Below, one piece after another: positions 36,801-50,792 of a stretch of DNA of 64,000 nt (the stretch's first letter is position 1; every line of letters starts with the position of its first letter). The DNA comes from Balanoglossus misakiensis (Eukaryota > Animalia > Hemichordata), in assembly GCA_040954595.2 (NCBI GenBank), contig CM082581.2, forward strand, positions 4,208,699 to 4,272,698, given 5' to 3'. The position numbers and the translations under genes were made by a program. The notes beneath the pieces are model-generated. The model did no database searches. It saw only the letters and a list, made by a program, of their open reading frames with translations, and was not told the origin of the DNA.

Positions 36801-38067
36801 ATCATGTATACTGTAAAATGGGAAAAATCCATGACAGAAACTTTCCTTGATTTCAACAGAGGTGACTATTATGGGATGGTAAATTTTTGCATTCTCTTTC
36901 TCTCTGAAAAGCATTGTATCGTACACATTGTTCTTACGCAACTTTTTATTATCGCGTTGTTTTTTTCTCTTGGGACGTTTGCAAAAATTTACCCTTCGCG
37001 AAAATGTTCTGTTTTACAGTATGTTCTTTGCAACACATGATTTTGCCATGTACCGGTACATGTATTTGGCTTGAACGATTATCACCACTACAGAGGTACA
37101 GCTAAAGACATCACTTATAGGAACGATACAATGTAGAATCATGATTTACAGCTGAAACATCCAGCAAGGACATCTCTTATCATTCATGCAAATGACACTG
37201 ACTGTTTTTATGTTTTGTTCTTCAGGCATTTCAGAAACATGAATGAATCCAATCAAGATAGATGCAGTATATTTCACAGAACTTCATATGCGCGAAGACG
37301 CACATCAGATATGATTTTGAATCAGGCAGGTTTGAGTCACATATGAGGTAACTAAGAAACAAAACTAATCAGAAACACAATTAATTTGAAAACCATTTTC
37401 AACTAAACACCAGATATTGTAACATCATTTGACCGATGATTTGACTGAACAAAGTATGAAACAAGTTACTCCATAAACATCTGTTTGATTGTAATTTTTC
37501 ATCTTTTTAAGATACTTACTTTCTCATCTAGATCCCTGTGATTGGCTGAGGTCTTTCACACACAATTCCTCATCTGCTTCATTGGCTTGCAAAGTCCATA
37601 TCCTCAGTTACTAGGACAACTGTAATCATGCTCTGATATTTCAGTTTGACAGACATGCAACGTCATCCAAGATTTTCTGGAATCATTCTCTGATTGGCTA
37701 TGCTGCAGCGCACACCTCATACTCCTCTTCATTCTGATTGGCTTGAACATCAAGTTCTTCATGCAACCATCCACTTTGATTAGCTTGACAACCAGGTGCA
37801 CCATCTACATCTCTGGTTGGTTTGTCTTACGGATGAACATCTCTGTCTTTCTGGATGGACTACCAGGTGCACCATCTCATGGCATGTTAATCTCGCGGAC
37901 TGGCTTGAATATCAACAGATCTTCAAGCATCACATTAGTTGAGAGGGTTACCAGTAGTCCATCTTCTTTTTTCATCTAGATCTCTGATTGGCTTGATCAC
38001 CAGGTACTCATCTTTTATTATTCAAATCATCTGGTTGGCTGGCCAATCACATACTCATTTCATGACA

Positions 38068-41000
38068 CTAATTGCTTGGATTGGCTGAACATTCAACCAC
38101 ACCCATTTTATCGTTCGTCTTTGTCTCATCTGAGAGACAATTGACAGCATAGTTGTTCTCCGCAGAAACCTGTCTTTGATCATCCTGACTCGTCACTGTA
38201 CAGTCTGCTCTGTCGACAACATCTTCCTCACTCGTTTTTTCACAATGTTCAGAATGAAACACTTCAAAGAGAGTGTCCATCAACTTCTTTGGTGTTTCAA
38301 CTACTTTGCGCACTCCCACTCGACAATTGGCAACTAACTTCTCTGCTGTCTTAACTACTGTGTGCACTCCCACTGGAGAACTGGCAACCAACTTCTCTGC
38401 TGTCTTAACTGCTGTCTTCACTCCCACTAGAGAAGTATCCCTTGTTTCACCAACTTTCTGCTCTCCCCTGTCTTCATTTCCAAATTCTTGTCTTCCATGA
38501 TTAACATCTGCAATCACTTCACCATTATCAGATTTTTGTATGGCTTCGTCGCTCACATAATTGTTATTAGGATCAACTTTCAATCTTCTCTCCAGTACCA
38601 CCTTTGGCTGGAGACGGGATTCTGCAGCATCTTCTTGAAACAACCTCCTCCTGTAATTTCTTCTGCTCCCTCCTCTGCAAATATCACTTCTGGCATTATC
38701 TGTATCTAACATTCCCCTGGCACTGGATCGACTAGTGTGTATCCTAGGTGACCATCGGGTTTTCGTCTTTCTTTTCTGAGTAGATGACTTCCTGGACACA
38801 GCTCTGCTCCCTTCGTCGAGACCACCAGCAACCAAACGGGACTTACAACTTCTGGACTTGCAGGTTGATGATTTGACCCGTTGGTCTGCATTATCACACA
38901 TTCCCCCGGCACTGGATAGACTAGTGTTTATCCTGGGTGACGATCGGGCTTTCATCTGGATTTTCCGAGGTGATGACTTCTTGGACACAGCTCTGCTCTC
39001 CTCCTCAAGACCACCAGCAACCGAACGGGACTGACAACTTCTGGAATTACAAGTTGATGATTTGATGACGCCATCTGCGGTGTTGTTTATTCTGTCCGCA
39101 TTATCTAACGCTGCCCTGGCACTGGATTGAGTAGTGCGTATCCTAGGTGACCGACGGGTTTTCAGGTTTTTCATCTTGATCTTCTGAGGTGTCTTGGACA
39201 CGGCTCTGCTCCTTTCCTCAAGACTTCCAGCAACCAAACGGGACTGACTACTTCTGGAATTACCATCTGAGCTGTTGTTCGTTCTGTCTGCATTATCAAA
39301 CATTCCCCCAGCACTGGATAGACTAGTGTTTATCCTGGGTGACCAACGGGCTTTCATCCGGATTTTCCGAGGTGATGACTTCTTGGACACATCTCGGCTC
39401 TCATCCCCAAGGCTTCCAGCAACCAAATGGGACCGACAACTTCTGGAATTATCTAACACTGCCCTGGCGCTGGATTGACTAGTGCGTATCCTGGGAGACC
39501 AACGCGTTTTCAGGTTTTTCATCTGAGGTGTCTTGGACACGGCTCTGCTTTCTTCCCTAAGACTTCCAGCAACATTAGATGTGCACATTTTCTTGGGTCT
39601 CCCACGTTTCCTTTTGGGAGGGATAACAACATCTGCGTCCACTGCACAGCTTCCCTCGGCCACTACATCTTTTTGTTGATCAGTTTTTCTTGGGCTTCTT
39701 CTTTTTCTTGTCACAGTCAAATTTCCTTCTTTACCAGTATCTTCCCCTCCTCCCATCTTCGTCACATCATCTTCCAGATCTTTTGCCGGTCTTCCCCGTT
39801 TTCTTTGTTTCGTACGTTTCTGTGTGGCCTTCTCTGACTCATCTCCTACCAGCTCATTCCGACTTCCCATTTTTCTCTTCTGGGCCATCTTTACTTTTCT
39901 GGGTTTCTCAATGTTTGGTTCAAACTCTGTGACAGTACTCACTCTGTTCTTGTCTTCACTATCAGTGTGCCTCTTGTTACGACTTTGTCTTTCCTGATCA
40001 TCTTCCGGGTTTGCCATTCTGTCTCTCCGCCTTCTTTTCTTCCTTTCCTTTGTGGCAACATTCGGAGAGGAGTGGAAATAACCAGGATCGGAACTTCTGC
40101 TGACCAGTACTTGGCAATCATACATGCGTCTTTTCCGGAGAAAATCCTTCCACTCAACTTTCCCCTGCCTGCTGGTCTTGGCATTCCTGAGTTTCAGCTC
40201 TGGTCCCTTCCCCAAGTTCCTCAATCCGGCGCCGGCTCCATGCGTATGCAAGGAGAACGCATCAATTGCGAAAAATCTCTGGCATTTACAACACATGATA
40301 CAAGGCGCATCTTTGCCCTTGAAAAGATGCATGTGCAGCCATCCATCCGTGTGGTGACTGTTCAGGTAACCGTGGAACACTTTCAACGGAGTACTGCATT
40401 CTAATTTCACCTTGCATTGGGGTGTGCCATACCCTGACACGCTGTGCATCTTGGACACTTGACACCTAGGTGTTGCACCCCCTGGCACACATCTTGCTGC
40501 TTGGTTGTCCGGTGTAGCACCCCCTGGCAAGTGTTCTACCCTAGAACCTTTCCTCTCTGGTATAGCATCCTGTGGCAAATTCTGTGTTGTGACGGTTTCC
40601 TTTTCTGGTGTAGCACCCCCTGGTATACTGTCTATCCTGGAAGACATATCGTCTTGTGAAGTGCTTCTGGCAGTATCACATTTCAGTTCAGCACCTCTTG
40701 GCATGCGTTTTCCCCTAGTACATTTCCTCTTTGGTATACTATCCTGTAGCAAACGATACGCCCAGCCAGTTTCCTTTTCTGGTGTAGCACCCCCTGGTAT
40801 CTTTGCTCTCTTGATAGACGTATATTCTTGTTGCTGTGCAGTATCACGTGCTGGAATAGCATCCACTGGCACTGAGCATGTCTCGGAAGTGTCCCCTTGT
40901 GGTGTGTAAACTCCCGGATTTTCCGGTGCAAAACTATCACTGTTCAAGTCTCCTGGGACACCGTCTCTCTCTGAAACATATTCACAAACATCTGCTAACA

Positions 41001-44000
41001 TGTACAGAAGCGGAACTGGAATCTTATCATCAAGGGAAGTGTACGCGGCCGTATCAATATCTGTAGATGTGTCAGGCACCTCATTAGAGCTCGCTGCTGC
41101 TTTCTGTGTTTCATCAGTTTCTTCGGTCATATCACAGGCAGCTGATTCAAGACCATTGTATCCACTACAAGACTTGAGACTGGCATCGGTTTCATACTCT
41201 GTGCAACCAGGAACCACTCTCTCTCTAAAATCAGGATATGCACCACCGCAAAGAGCGCCATTCTCAGGAAACTCACGTTTGTTGGAATCACAATACTCCT
41301 CATCGTAGCCATCATTCTTAAGGCCGTGAAATACTTCAGCTGAGTTATTCTCACGATGTTCCGTTGCAAAGAGGAGACAAAAAAAATAATCAATGCGTTC
41401 TGCTTCAGAGCCCTGGCTGTAAGTTTCACAATTATCAGGAATTTGGTGTTCCGCCATGTTTGGCTCGGAGAATCCCAAGTTACCTTCTTGTTCCATAAGA
41501 CCATTTCCGTCGTGACTGCAATCCATTTCACAGTTTTCAGACTGATCGCGCTGTGACATCTCACTTGGGTTGTTAACAAGAGTTGCGTCCATTGGTTGAT
41601 CATCACCACAAAGTTGTGATAAGTCCTGCATGTCTTGTCTTCTGTCATCTGCATGCTGTTCAGTTTCTTCCCCTGAAGACTTACACAAATAATTTTCGCA
41701 ATGATCCATTGCGACAAGCAAATCCACATCGGAGTTTTCACTTTCTTCCGCCACACCTCTGGTGTAAGTCAACTGGTCTCCGGTATTCGGACACTGAGCA
41801 GCGAAATGAAACACAGACTCGTTTCCACCAGATGTTTCTGCAGTTGTCTCACGTGGATTGGATTCTTCTGTGGAAAATATCGCTCCACTTTCTTCCAATA
41901 GGTCCGTCTCGCTTTGCATTACTACTGCATCATCACTGGGCAACAGGATCTGCTTTGCCTCATAATCAGAAACATCACATTCATGATGGCCGACTCTGTT
42001 TTCCGTTTCAATGTGATTATAACCAGGTCTTGTCTCGTCTTCATTGTGTTTACCATCATCACTTTCATTCGACTGACCGCTATCACAACATCCAGGTTCT
42101 TTATCCTGTCTGGGCTCCGGGTTTGGTGTCATTCTCTGGTGCGAACTTTCATTTTCTACAATTGACCTTTGACCTGTTTTCTCACCGTCGCATTCTTCGG
42201 TCACACCCAAGGAAATGCTGTCTTTACTTTCACCGGATCCAATCGTGTCTGTCTTTTCAATCAACTCACCGTCCCTATGAATGCATTTAGCCTCCAGACC
42301 CAAATTTGCCAAAAAAATGTTCTTGTCAAAATTTTCCTCTCTGTGGCATGCCGCGTTATCTCGGGCGTCATCTTCATCAGGACCAGCTGCTCCGCGACAC
42401 TCTTCACTGTCTAGACACAATATCACTCCGTTTTCATCAGAGAGCAAACGTTCGTCCACTGCTACACGTTGATCTCCTTTGTCACATCGTTCACCATCAT
42501 CCTCTTCAGAGCAGCTGTAAAAGTCATCATCATCGCAAACATCTGATAGGATCCCCACATCTTGCCTCTCCTTGAGCTCAGCATTGCCGCTACTACAGTC
42601 GATCATTTCACCCGTTTCTTGGCATTCCCTGGCAAAGTTAAGAGTCGCGTCGTTTCCTTGACAACGGGTGGACACCTGCTCCTCTTCGCTGCTGCGACAC
42701 TCTTGGAGATTCTCATCTGCACAGCCACGGTGCGATGCTGATGATCTACTTTGAAGTTCCTCATCTGACAGAAGGACATCAGCAGGGGTTGGGACCGGGG
42801 GTTGGTCACGAATTCCCTCAGACACGTTTGGCCCGGCTTTGTCCAAGAGCTGAATATCTTGACAAGTGAGCACTGGGAGTGTGTCTCCATCATACTGACT
42901 GTTACCATGGGAACTGCTGCCTTGCGTGCGTTCTTTATCCCCTCCACTGTATTCTTGTTCACTAGGAAAGTCCCTGTTGATTTCTGCAGGGTCTTGGTAG
43001 TTATCGGTCTCACTAATGTCTATCCCATCCGTCCCACTAACATCCAATCTGCCATCGATTTGAAATTCCTCCTCGTCATCCTCGCTGTCCGATGAACTTA
43101 ATTGAAGATCTTCCCATAACAGCTGGTCTGCATACGGTAGGTTTCTGGGCTGTTTTTCAGGTGAGATGTATGGAGACAACGGTGAGTCTAATCCCTTCTC
43201 AGAATCACCCGTCCAAGCAAATTTAAAAAAAACGTTCTCCCTAAATCTTGGTGAATCGGCTGTATTTTCAGGTTCACAATCTGAGGCTGGGCAATCTTCA
43301 GCATCACCTTGCAAGGTTTCAGCGCCATCTTCAGCATCACCTTGCAAGGTTTCAGCGCCATCTTCAGCATCACCTTGCAAGGTTTCAGCGCCATCTTCAG
43401 CACCATCTTGCAGGGTTTCAGAGTCATCTTCAGCATCACCTTGCAAGGTTTCAGCGCCATCTTCAGCACCATCTTGCAGGGTTTCAGAGTCATCTTCAGC
43501 ATCGCCGTGCCAGGTTTCACTGTTTGTCTTCGATATCAACGGATCTGATTCCTCGGGAGTTTGAATTTTTCCTTTCTTGGAAGCCACCGGTGAATATTCT
43601 GTCTCTGAATCTCGCTCACCAAAACTAATCCAGACACAACCATAAGACTCAGGGTCATCCAGGGGGGTTCCCTCACAAATCGACGTAATAGAGTCATCGA
43701 AAGGTCTTTTCATGGACTGTCTTCTGTTCGGTGATGGTGTCGTCTTCTTGTTTTTCATCCCCAAATTGTGTGTTCCTTGTTTTGTCTTGTTTGAGTTTTG
43801 CTGTTTTCGTGTCTGGTTCCTCTTTCCACGTGTTTCACTCCCTCTCTGCACATTTGCCTGTTTTCTACATTGATTCTTACTTGGTGCGGTTTTTGACATT
43901 GCTCCTCTTGAAGACGCTTGTGTTGAACTTGATTTTCTGGAAGGATCTGCACTGGACTTCACTGATTTTGAGCTGGGTCTCTTGGAAGGTGGTGACTTTG

Positions 44001-47000
44001 CATTACATCTTCTGGCGGCTGCAGCTTTGGTGGAAGGTTTGTTGGTGACTGAATTTGCACTCGCTCTCTTGGAGGTCCCCTGTTTGGCATTTGTGGATTT
44101 GCCACCAGCTTTCTTTGGTGTTTCTTGTTTGACTTTTACGGATTTTCCACCAGCTCTCTTGGTTGACCTTGCTTTCAACTCTACTACTTTGGAGCAAGGC
44201 CTGCCGATAGATTTAGAGTTAGAGCTTCTTTTTCCAGAGGAAGGCAGCTTGGGAGACTTTGATTTTAGACGGGTTCCACTGGCAAGTGAGGGTTTGACGT
44301 CTGATAAGCTGTTGGCTTTTACGGCTGCTTGGCGGGATGTGGACACAGGCACTGGTATCATACTATCAACCCCCTCATTTCGGGAAACCACATCTGGTGT
44401 TGGAATCCTCCCTCTGTCTCTTCGACCTTGTTTCGAGAGCTGGTGCTTTTGCTGCATTGTGAAGTATCGCTTCCTCATCTTGCCGACGTACGTGTGATAG
44501 AGCACACCGGCATCTTGGTACGCAATCATCGTCAGGTATGACGGCGTGAACTTTCCACACAGAGCCTTCTTCTCTTCACTACTGCACTTGTAGTATCGCA
44601 ATCCCAGCTGATTGCACCACTTCAAGAGGCTTTTCTGGGTTCGGTTTCGCATCAACTTGGAGCGCATTTCCGTTAACGTGACGTACTGTACACCGTTGCT
44701 GACCACGCCCACTAAGACAGCATTACCGATCACAAGTCGACACGGTTTGACGTCGCTTCGGGCGTTGGGTGTCACTTCTTTGCGGCTGTACCCCAGTAAT
44801 ATCTTACACAGAGGTTTCGCATCTTTCTTGCTGATCAGGTGACAGGAGGTGACATCGTCTCTCACCAGGTTCAGCTCTTTCATCATTTGCAAGGGCCGGC
44901 CAACACACTCATAAACAGTGATTTCAAGTTCTCTGCAGGTGTTGAGTACGAAGTCGGGCGCCATATTCAACACTTTCTCCGAGACGTCCGTCAGGGAGAG
45001 CATACGTAAGTCTTGGGTCACTATTTCACACACGGATTTCGACTTCAAGACGTGCTTGTGGAAACTGAAAGTGCCATCTGCAGAGTTGACGGTGACTGCC
45101 TTATTTGAATGGTCTCCATCACGCGAGTCTCGTTTCAGGACAGACTCACTTGCGACATCATCTCTGGAATTACTAGCATTGCAACTGACATCTGATGCGT
45201 TCATCTTCTGCGATTTTTCACTTCTTTCTTGTCTCTGAAGTCTGTCATCTATATCGATGGTTATTTCCCTGGATATCTGGTCAAGTAGTCGTTCGTCGTC
45301 TATGTCGAGCAATTCAAAGTTCAGCTCACATCCCTCCATTCCCATGGCAATATCAAGACCAGGACCCTGTCTCTTTTCTTGCAACCTCCCTTCCGCTCCG
45401 CTGTTCACTGTCCAAAGCATGCCAGGTGCTGACTTGATGGCGCTGTGACTGTGTTGGTTAGCCATACCTGCAGAATTACAAACAATCCATTTTCATTAAC
45501 AGCAAAACCTCATTAAGGTAGTGGACTAACTTAAAGGGACAATGTCTCTCTCTTGCTGCCCTTTTTCCATTAATTATGTTTGATACAAGACACCGCTTAT
45601 GTTATTCTACATGTGGATATATAGTGAATCAACATTTGACCACACACAACTTCCATCCCGTTTGTAGGATATAAGAGTAAACATCTCGCTGAAATGAATA
45701 AACGGTAGAGACCGATTATTCCTTTTGGCGAGTTTCCCACTCTCGTGTCTACACGTGGGATGGAAATTAGGTGCGGTCAAACGATGATTCACTATATACC
45801 CACCTGTACCGTTGTACATTCTCAAATTCACTTACCAGGAACTGATGGTGTAACAGTATGAGTATCCAGATCTAGCATTGTAACATCGTTTCCTGGTTGG
45901 GTAAACTCATGAGGTCCATCATCATAGACAGTCATCATAGCTTGATAAATACTGGCGCAATTATTGACATCTTGATTTCCTGTGAATAAGGGAGTAAGAT
46001 TACATAATGTAAAACAGGAAATTTTCGCGATTAATTTTCACGTTTTCATATTTCACTAACTGCATCGATATCTTCGATAAAACTTTTTTACGCAACTTTT
46101 TATTTTTGCATTTTTTTTAGCTCAAGCAAAATTTGCAAAAAAATTATCATTCATGAAAATTTCCCATTTTACACTATGGGACACAGGAAAAAACTAATCA
46201 TTACAAAACCACAATGGGGTATGGGAGAAATAAGATCAGTCAACACAACGAGTCAACGATTAGTCAATCCAAACAGGTGTCTTCTTTAAATCAAAACATT
46301 ACCCACATCTGTCTGTGAGGTCATTGATGGCCAGTTGCAGGTCAAAATGGCCGTCTGAATTCATCCTGTCATATGTCAATTGTCACCATCTACTTCTTAA
46401 AACTGTTTAGAAAACTCACATAAACCACAAAAAGTGAAACCGATATAACAGTGGTGTACAATGTGTGTCTACCTTGACCAACTGTAAACAACTGTGGACT
46501 AAAATTCTGCAAACTTAGTAAACAGCTCCAATACTTGAAACAAGTGGAGTGTACACACAGTTGCACTTTCAAGGATGTGAAAATGCTGATCTAAACAAAG
46601 GTATATATCTTACTTTCAATAATGGTACAGCCATTGTTGTCATTTTTCTGTTGCTGGTCCAAACACTGAGGTAGATGTTCCTTCCATCTCACATCCTGTC
46701 CAATTCTGGTTGCGGTCCTGATCATCTTTGTCTTTGACACACTGTCGACACAAACATCGAAGTCTCTACCACGATCACCATGGAAACCACTGTCCGGACT
46801 GTCATGGGCATAGGAATCCACGTTTGCAGGGTTCTCCACAGATAAACTGCTTAGTACATTGTAGCTTGGTGAAGAACTTGAGTTGATACTTGGCTTTAAG
46901 TGTTCACCAGACCTCCCTTCACCAAACTCCGAAAATTGTGCATTGTGACTCACACTGTCTGTGTTTCCATCTTCTTTATCACCTGTTACATGGGCACTTG

Positions 47001-47259
47001 CGGTAAAGTCGTTGTGGCAATCTCCAAGGTTACCACAGTTTGGTAACACAACGTTGCCATCTACACCACTAGATGAAAAGTTTACGTTGCTTGGCAACAC
47101 TGATGTTGCATTATCATCCACCCCTTCCTTGAGCCACTCTTCAACATCTCTGATTTTCTGCTCAAAATCTTCAGAGGGATTTGACTGGACATGATTTTCA
47201 TAATCCTCCAGTAACTCTTGTAGCTCTACGGGTAGTTGTGCAAAGTTTTGGTCTGCCAT
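38068..47259 (-). CDS. Large SKI/SNO/DAC-family protein (~2729 aa; exons 46614-47259, 45836-45979, 38068-45467)
   Basis: 7.4-kb open exon; phase-1 introns. Two Dachshund-homology-like domains (~45060-44790 LSLTDV...CRELEITVYEC...LQMMKEL...CHLISKKDAKPLC; ~44740-44480). SKI SAND/SMAD4-binding-like motif KVFH...G.LHMHLF...APCIMCCKCQRFF..DAFSLHTH (~40140-40390). Two KRGRP AT-hook-like motifs. Confidence 0.75.
43275..43510. repeat. 33-bp coding minisatellite (~7 copies of xxAEDxxETLQ)
   Basis: catcttcagcatcaccttgcaaggtttcagcgc repeated in frame within the large exon. Confidence 0.9.
45531..45770. mobile_element. Hairpin MITE fragment (family also at 54805-55031)
   Basis: Shared ttaaagg...ctctctc...cccttt...attaattatgtttgataca start and a central imperfect palindrome. 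Confidence 0.6.
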
Positions 47260-50194
47260 CTTTTTGTAGTTATTTGTGTTTTCTCAACTGAGTACATACC
47301 TGTGAAATAAGATAGATAAAAAACAAAACAAAATATTTACAGTCCTCTGTTGGATATTGATGATATAAACACTGGCTGTTCATCAAAAGATTGCTCAAAA
47401 AGATTTTGAACTCAATGACAAAGAAAAGCAGTTCAACTTCAACTATACCATTAACCAAAGACTACGGTACGTCATGAAATATTAGAAAAGAAAGCTGAAG
47501 AACTAGAAACTTCCACTTGAATGATCAAACAGGAGCTATCTTCGTTACAAGTGTTTTCTTATTGGCTATTTGTTTGCTGCCGAGGCGGGTAAGGTATTAA
47601 GAGGCACCATGGTGGGGCGACTTGCCTGTTCCTATGAAAACAGTGCCCCCCCCCCTCATGTATTTTAGGATTAGCATGTGGCCTGCCTCTTTTCACTTAT
47701 GTGGGCTGTGGTGAGGCGACATGGATTCCACATTATCTTTGCTCTCAGAAATTAAATCTTGAAGAATAGAAAAACATGGGACTTTTTTCGATGCAAACAC
47801 AAACAGCGACCGACATGTTACCCCCCCCCCCCCAAGCACCACCACACACATCAGTTATCATCAGATCTCCTACAAAAAATCATCCAGTTCCCTCAACTCA
47901 ATGTAACGTTTGTTCATATGTCACTTGAAAGTTTTTAATATCAAGGTAACCAACAAAAATAATCCGTTGAGTTAATTATTTCGTGTAAATTGTGAAGCAA
48001 CTGGTATTCGAAACAGCCGTCGTCGTATTTGAACAAAGCATGTCAGATGAAGCATGATGACTGTAGTGATTATGTGATGATGACGTTGCCATTGTTGGCT
48101 TCAAGTTCAACTCTAGTTTACATTCATCTGCTTTGTCGATTGTTTGTTTGCAAACTAAATCTGCAGGGTTGCATGCCTGATCCTTCCAAAGAGAAAATTG
48201 ATTGACATCTTACCTATTTCGACAATCGCGGCTTCAGTTTATTCAGTGAAACCACATCATTCTGTCCTCTCACCCACTTCATCATGGTTTATCCAAAGCG
48301 AGGTTAAAAGTTTATCGTTTACATCGCCGATGAGGGCGTACTTTACGTGTAAATTTCTGCTGGTGGTCTCAGCCAATCACGAATTCGATCGACGTGTACG
48401 TGAAGTGTAATAAACAACTGTTGGGCATGGTCTAGTCAAGTTGGTCTAGTCAATCAACGAATTTTTGGTATAGTTGTTGAGATAGCGATTGGTCTGTAAT
48501 TATCAACTGATGTAATATCTTTTGACCTATCCTCGACAATAGGTACAATCATTGTCAGCATAAAGTCGTCTGTGAACAAAAAACACTGTAAAGCAAAAAC
48601 AGAACACAACAAAAAGACGCAATTTATGTGATGAGCTCCATGTGAGTAGACAAAAATGTCATAACTGATGGCAATGTGGGATTTCTCATTTTGGGACTGC
48701 TGAATGCACCCTACCGGTAGTAAGCATGGTAGTAAGCATGCAGTTCTGAATCTCTGCTGCCTTGGAAGGTTTAGTGTCCTGCATCTATGCTTCCAGTGTC
48801 TGTATTTTTACAGCAAAGCCAAACAGTAACCATGAATTTTCATGATTTGCACTGGAAAGCCTACACTGGTATAAAGTCTGGTCAAGAATATAACCCCAGG
48901 CACTTTTTATTGAGATATCACTGAGCTTGCAACTAATACTAGTGAATGCGTTAAACAAGCCAGTCAATTATTAAACTTCAAGGACTCGAAACAGTATTAA
49001 ACTGCATGATTTATTTTATCAGAGCAATTAAGTATTTCTAATAGTCACATACATTTAAATATTGACATGATAATATTGTTTATAAGTGTAATAAAACAAC
49101 ATGAGGACAAATCAGTCTTTTTATTCTTCTCTTTATTGCACATTCTGCACCAAATTCAATGTTTTTCTTGAGTCAATGGTAGTTAGTGGCCTCTACAGTC
49201 AAATCGAAACTCATTAACATAACAATTATCTACATTGTTATGTAAATAAGCAACTACTTGTAACAGGATTCTTCAGGAGAACACTGAAATTAATAAATTA
49301 AATGTCATTTACATTTAAAGCATGTAAATATGGTGCACTACATAGGGCTATTCACAACATATAGCTATGTATGGACAAGGGCTCGGTGCACAACATAGTG
49401 GATTATATGGAGTCCATGAATGGCCATATTTTGTTCACATGCCTTATTATGCACCTTTTTGCCATCTACAATGAACTCCAAAGTGGACAAGAACTGAATA
49501 ATGTTTTGTTACAAAACTATGCAAATGGTTGTCATCCAGCCGAAAATAGAGCTCTTCAGTCACTCAGGACAAGATATACAGACATAAACGTGTCAACCAT
49601 AGAGCGACACTTTGCACTGCACTAAAAGAGAAACATATTGCAATTGTGCACCATAGATTCCGGCAGCAGGTGAGGTGTCTGATAAAACATATTTACAACT
49701 TACAGCATAACAAGTGTCTTGCTCTAAAAATGGATTAGCCAGAGGCAGTATATGTTATGAGATTCTTAGAATGTGAAAGAATCTGAACAGGGAGTTCTGG
49801 TTATATATCTTGTACACGAAAGCCTCATTTATGTTTGAATGCAGTGTCGAAATAAGGGAATACTGGTCTTGAAATCTTTTTGGTAAACAAATTTCTTCAG
49901 AATAAGAATATGTGATGACACATGCTGACTAATGCAAAAAAATTTCCTTGGTATACTAGCATATAATTACACACATGTGTACACCCAATGGCAAAACTGC
50001 TGTTTTGTCAATATTAATTACTATTGAAAATCAATTGAAATGACTATTTCAAGCCTTTTTTTGCATGTCATTACATGTCCCAGAGCAGTCATTTTAAGAG
50101 AATTCCTGGGAGCTGGGTTACTGGGGCTTTAACTTTTAAATTTTGCTCCAGCTTAATCTAGCACCTTAAATAAATCAATTTCCAATCTATACAG

Positions 50195-50464
50195 TTAAAA
50201 AATACGCTTCTTTACAATGTACAACACGGTTGCGAAAAAAAATGCTAAGGCAAGAATAATCAGTAGTTTGTCTGTTATTTCTCTCCTATTGTATTTTGTT
50301 AAAAGATTCCGACTCATGTGTATAACCCCTCGCATGCCTTTGAATTCTTCGTGTGTTTCTTGGATTGTTTTGGAAGATGTCACTGCAAGAAAAGAGAAAG
50401 ACATTGAGAATGGTAGCATAATAAGTAAAGTCTTTATTTCTAGCTCATCATTATCACCGCCACT

Positions 50465-50519
<55 letters not shown>

Positions 50520-50567
50520 ACAACACGATGATGATGATGATGACAACAATGATGATGATGGTGGTGG

Positions 50568-50606
<39 letters not shown>

Positions 50607-50741
50607 CAACGACAATGATGATGATGGTGATGATGATGATGATGATCATGATCTATGTAATAAAATAGTCAGTTTTATTTAGAAATTCATGACAGTATTT
50701 CAAAGAAAAGAAAACTACACAGTTATTTCCTACTCCTGTGA

Positions 50742-50792
<51 letters not shown>

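Noticed and set aside
38273-45448. Many plus-strand and alternative-frame ORFs
   Set aside because: They are shadows of the 7.4-kb minus-strand exon and its repeats.
50440-50650. (ATC)n/(ATG)n inverted pair as a structured RNA
   Set aside because: Low-complexity intronic microsatellite with no other support.
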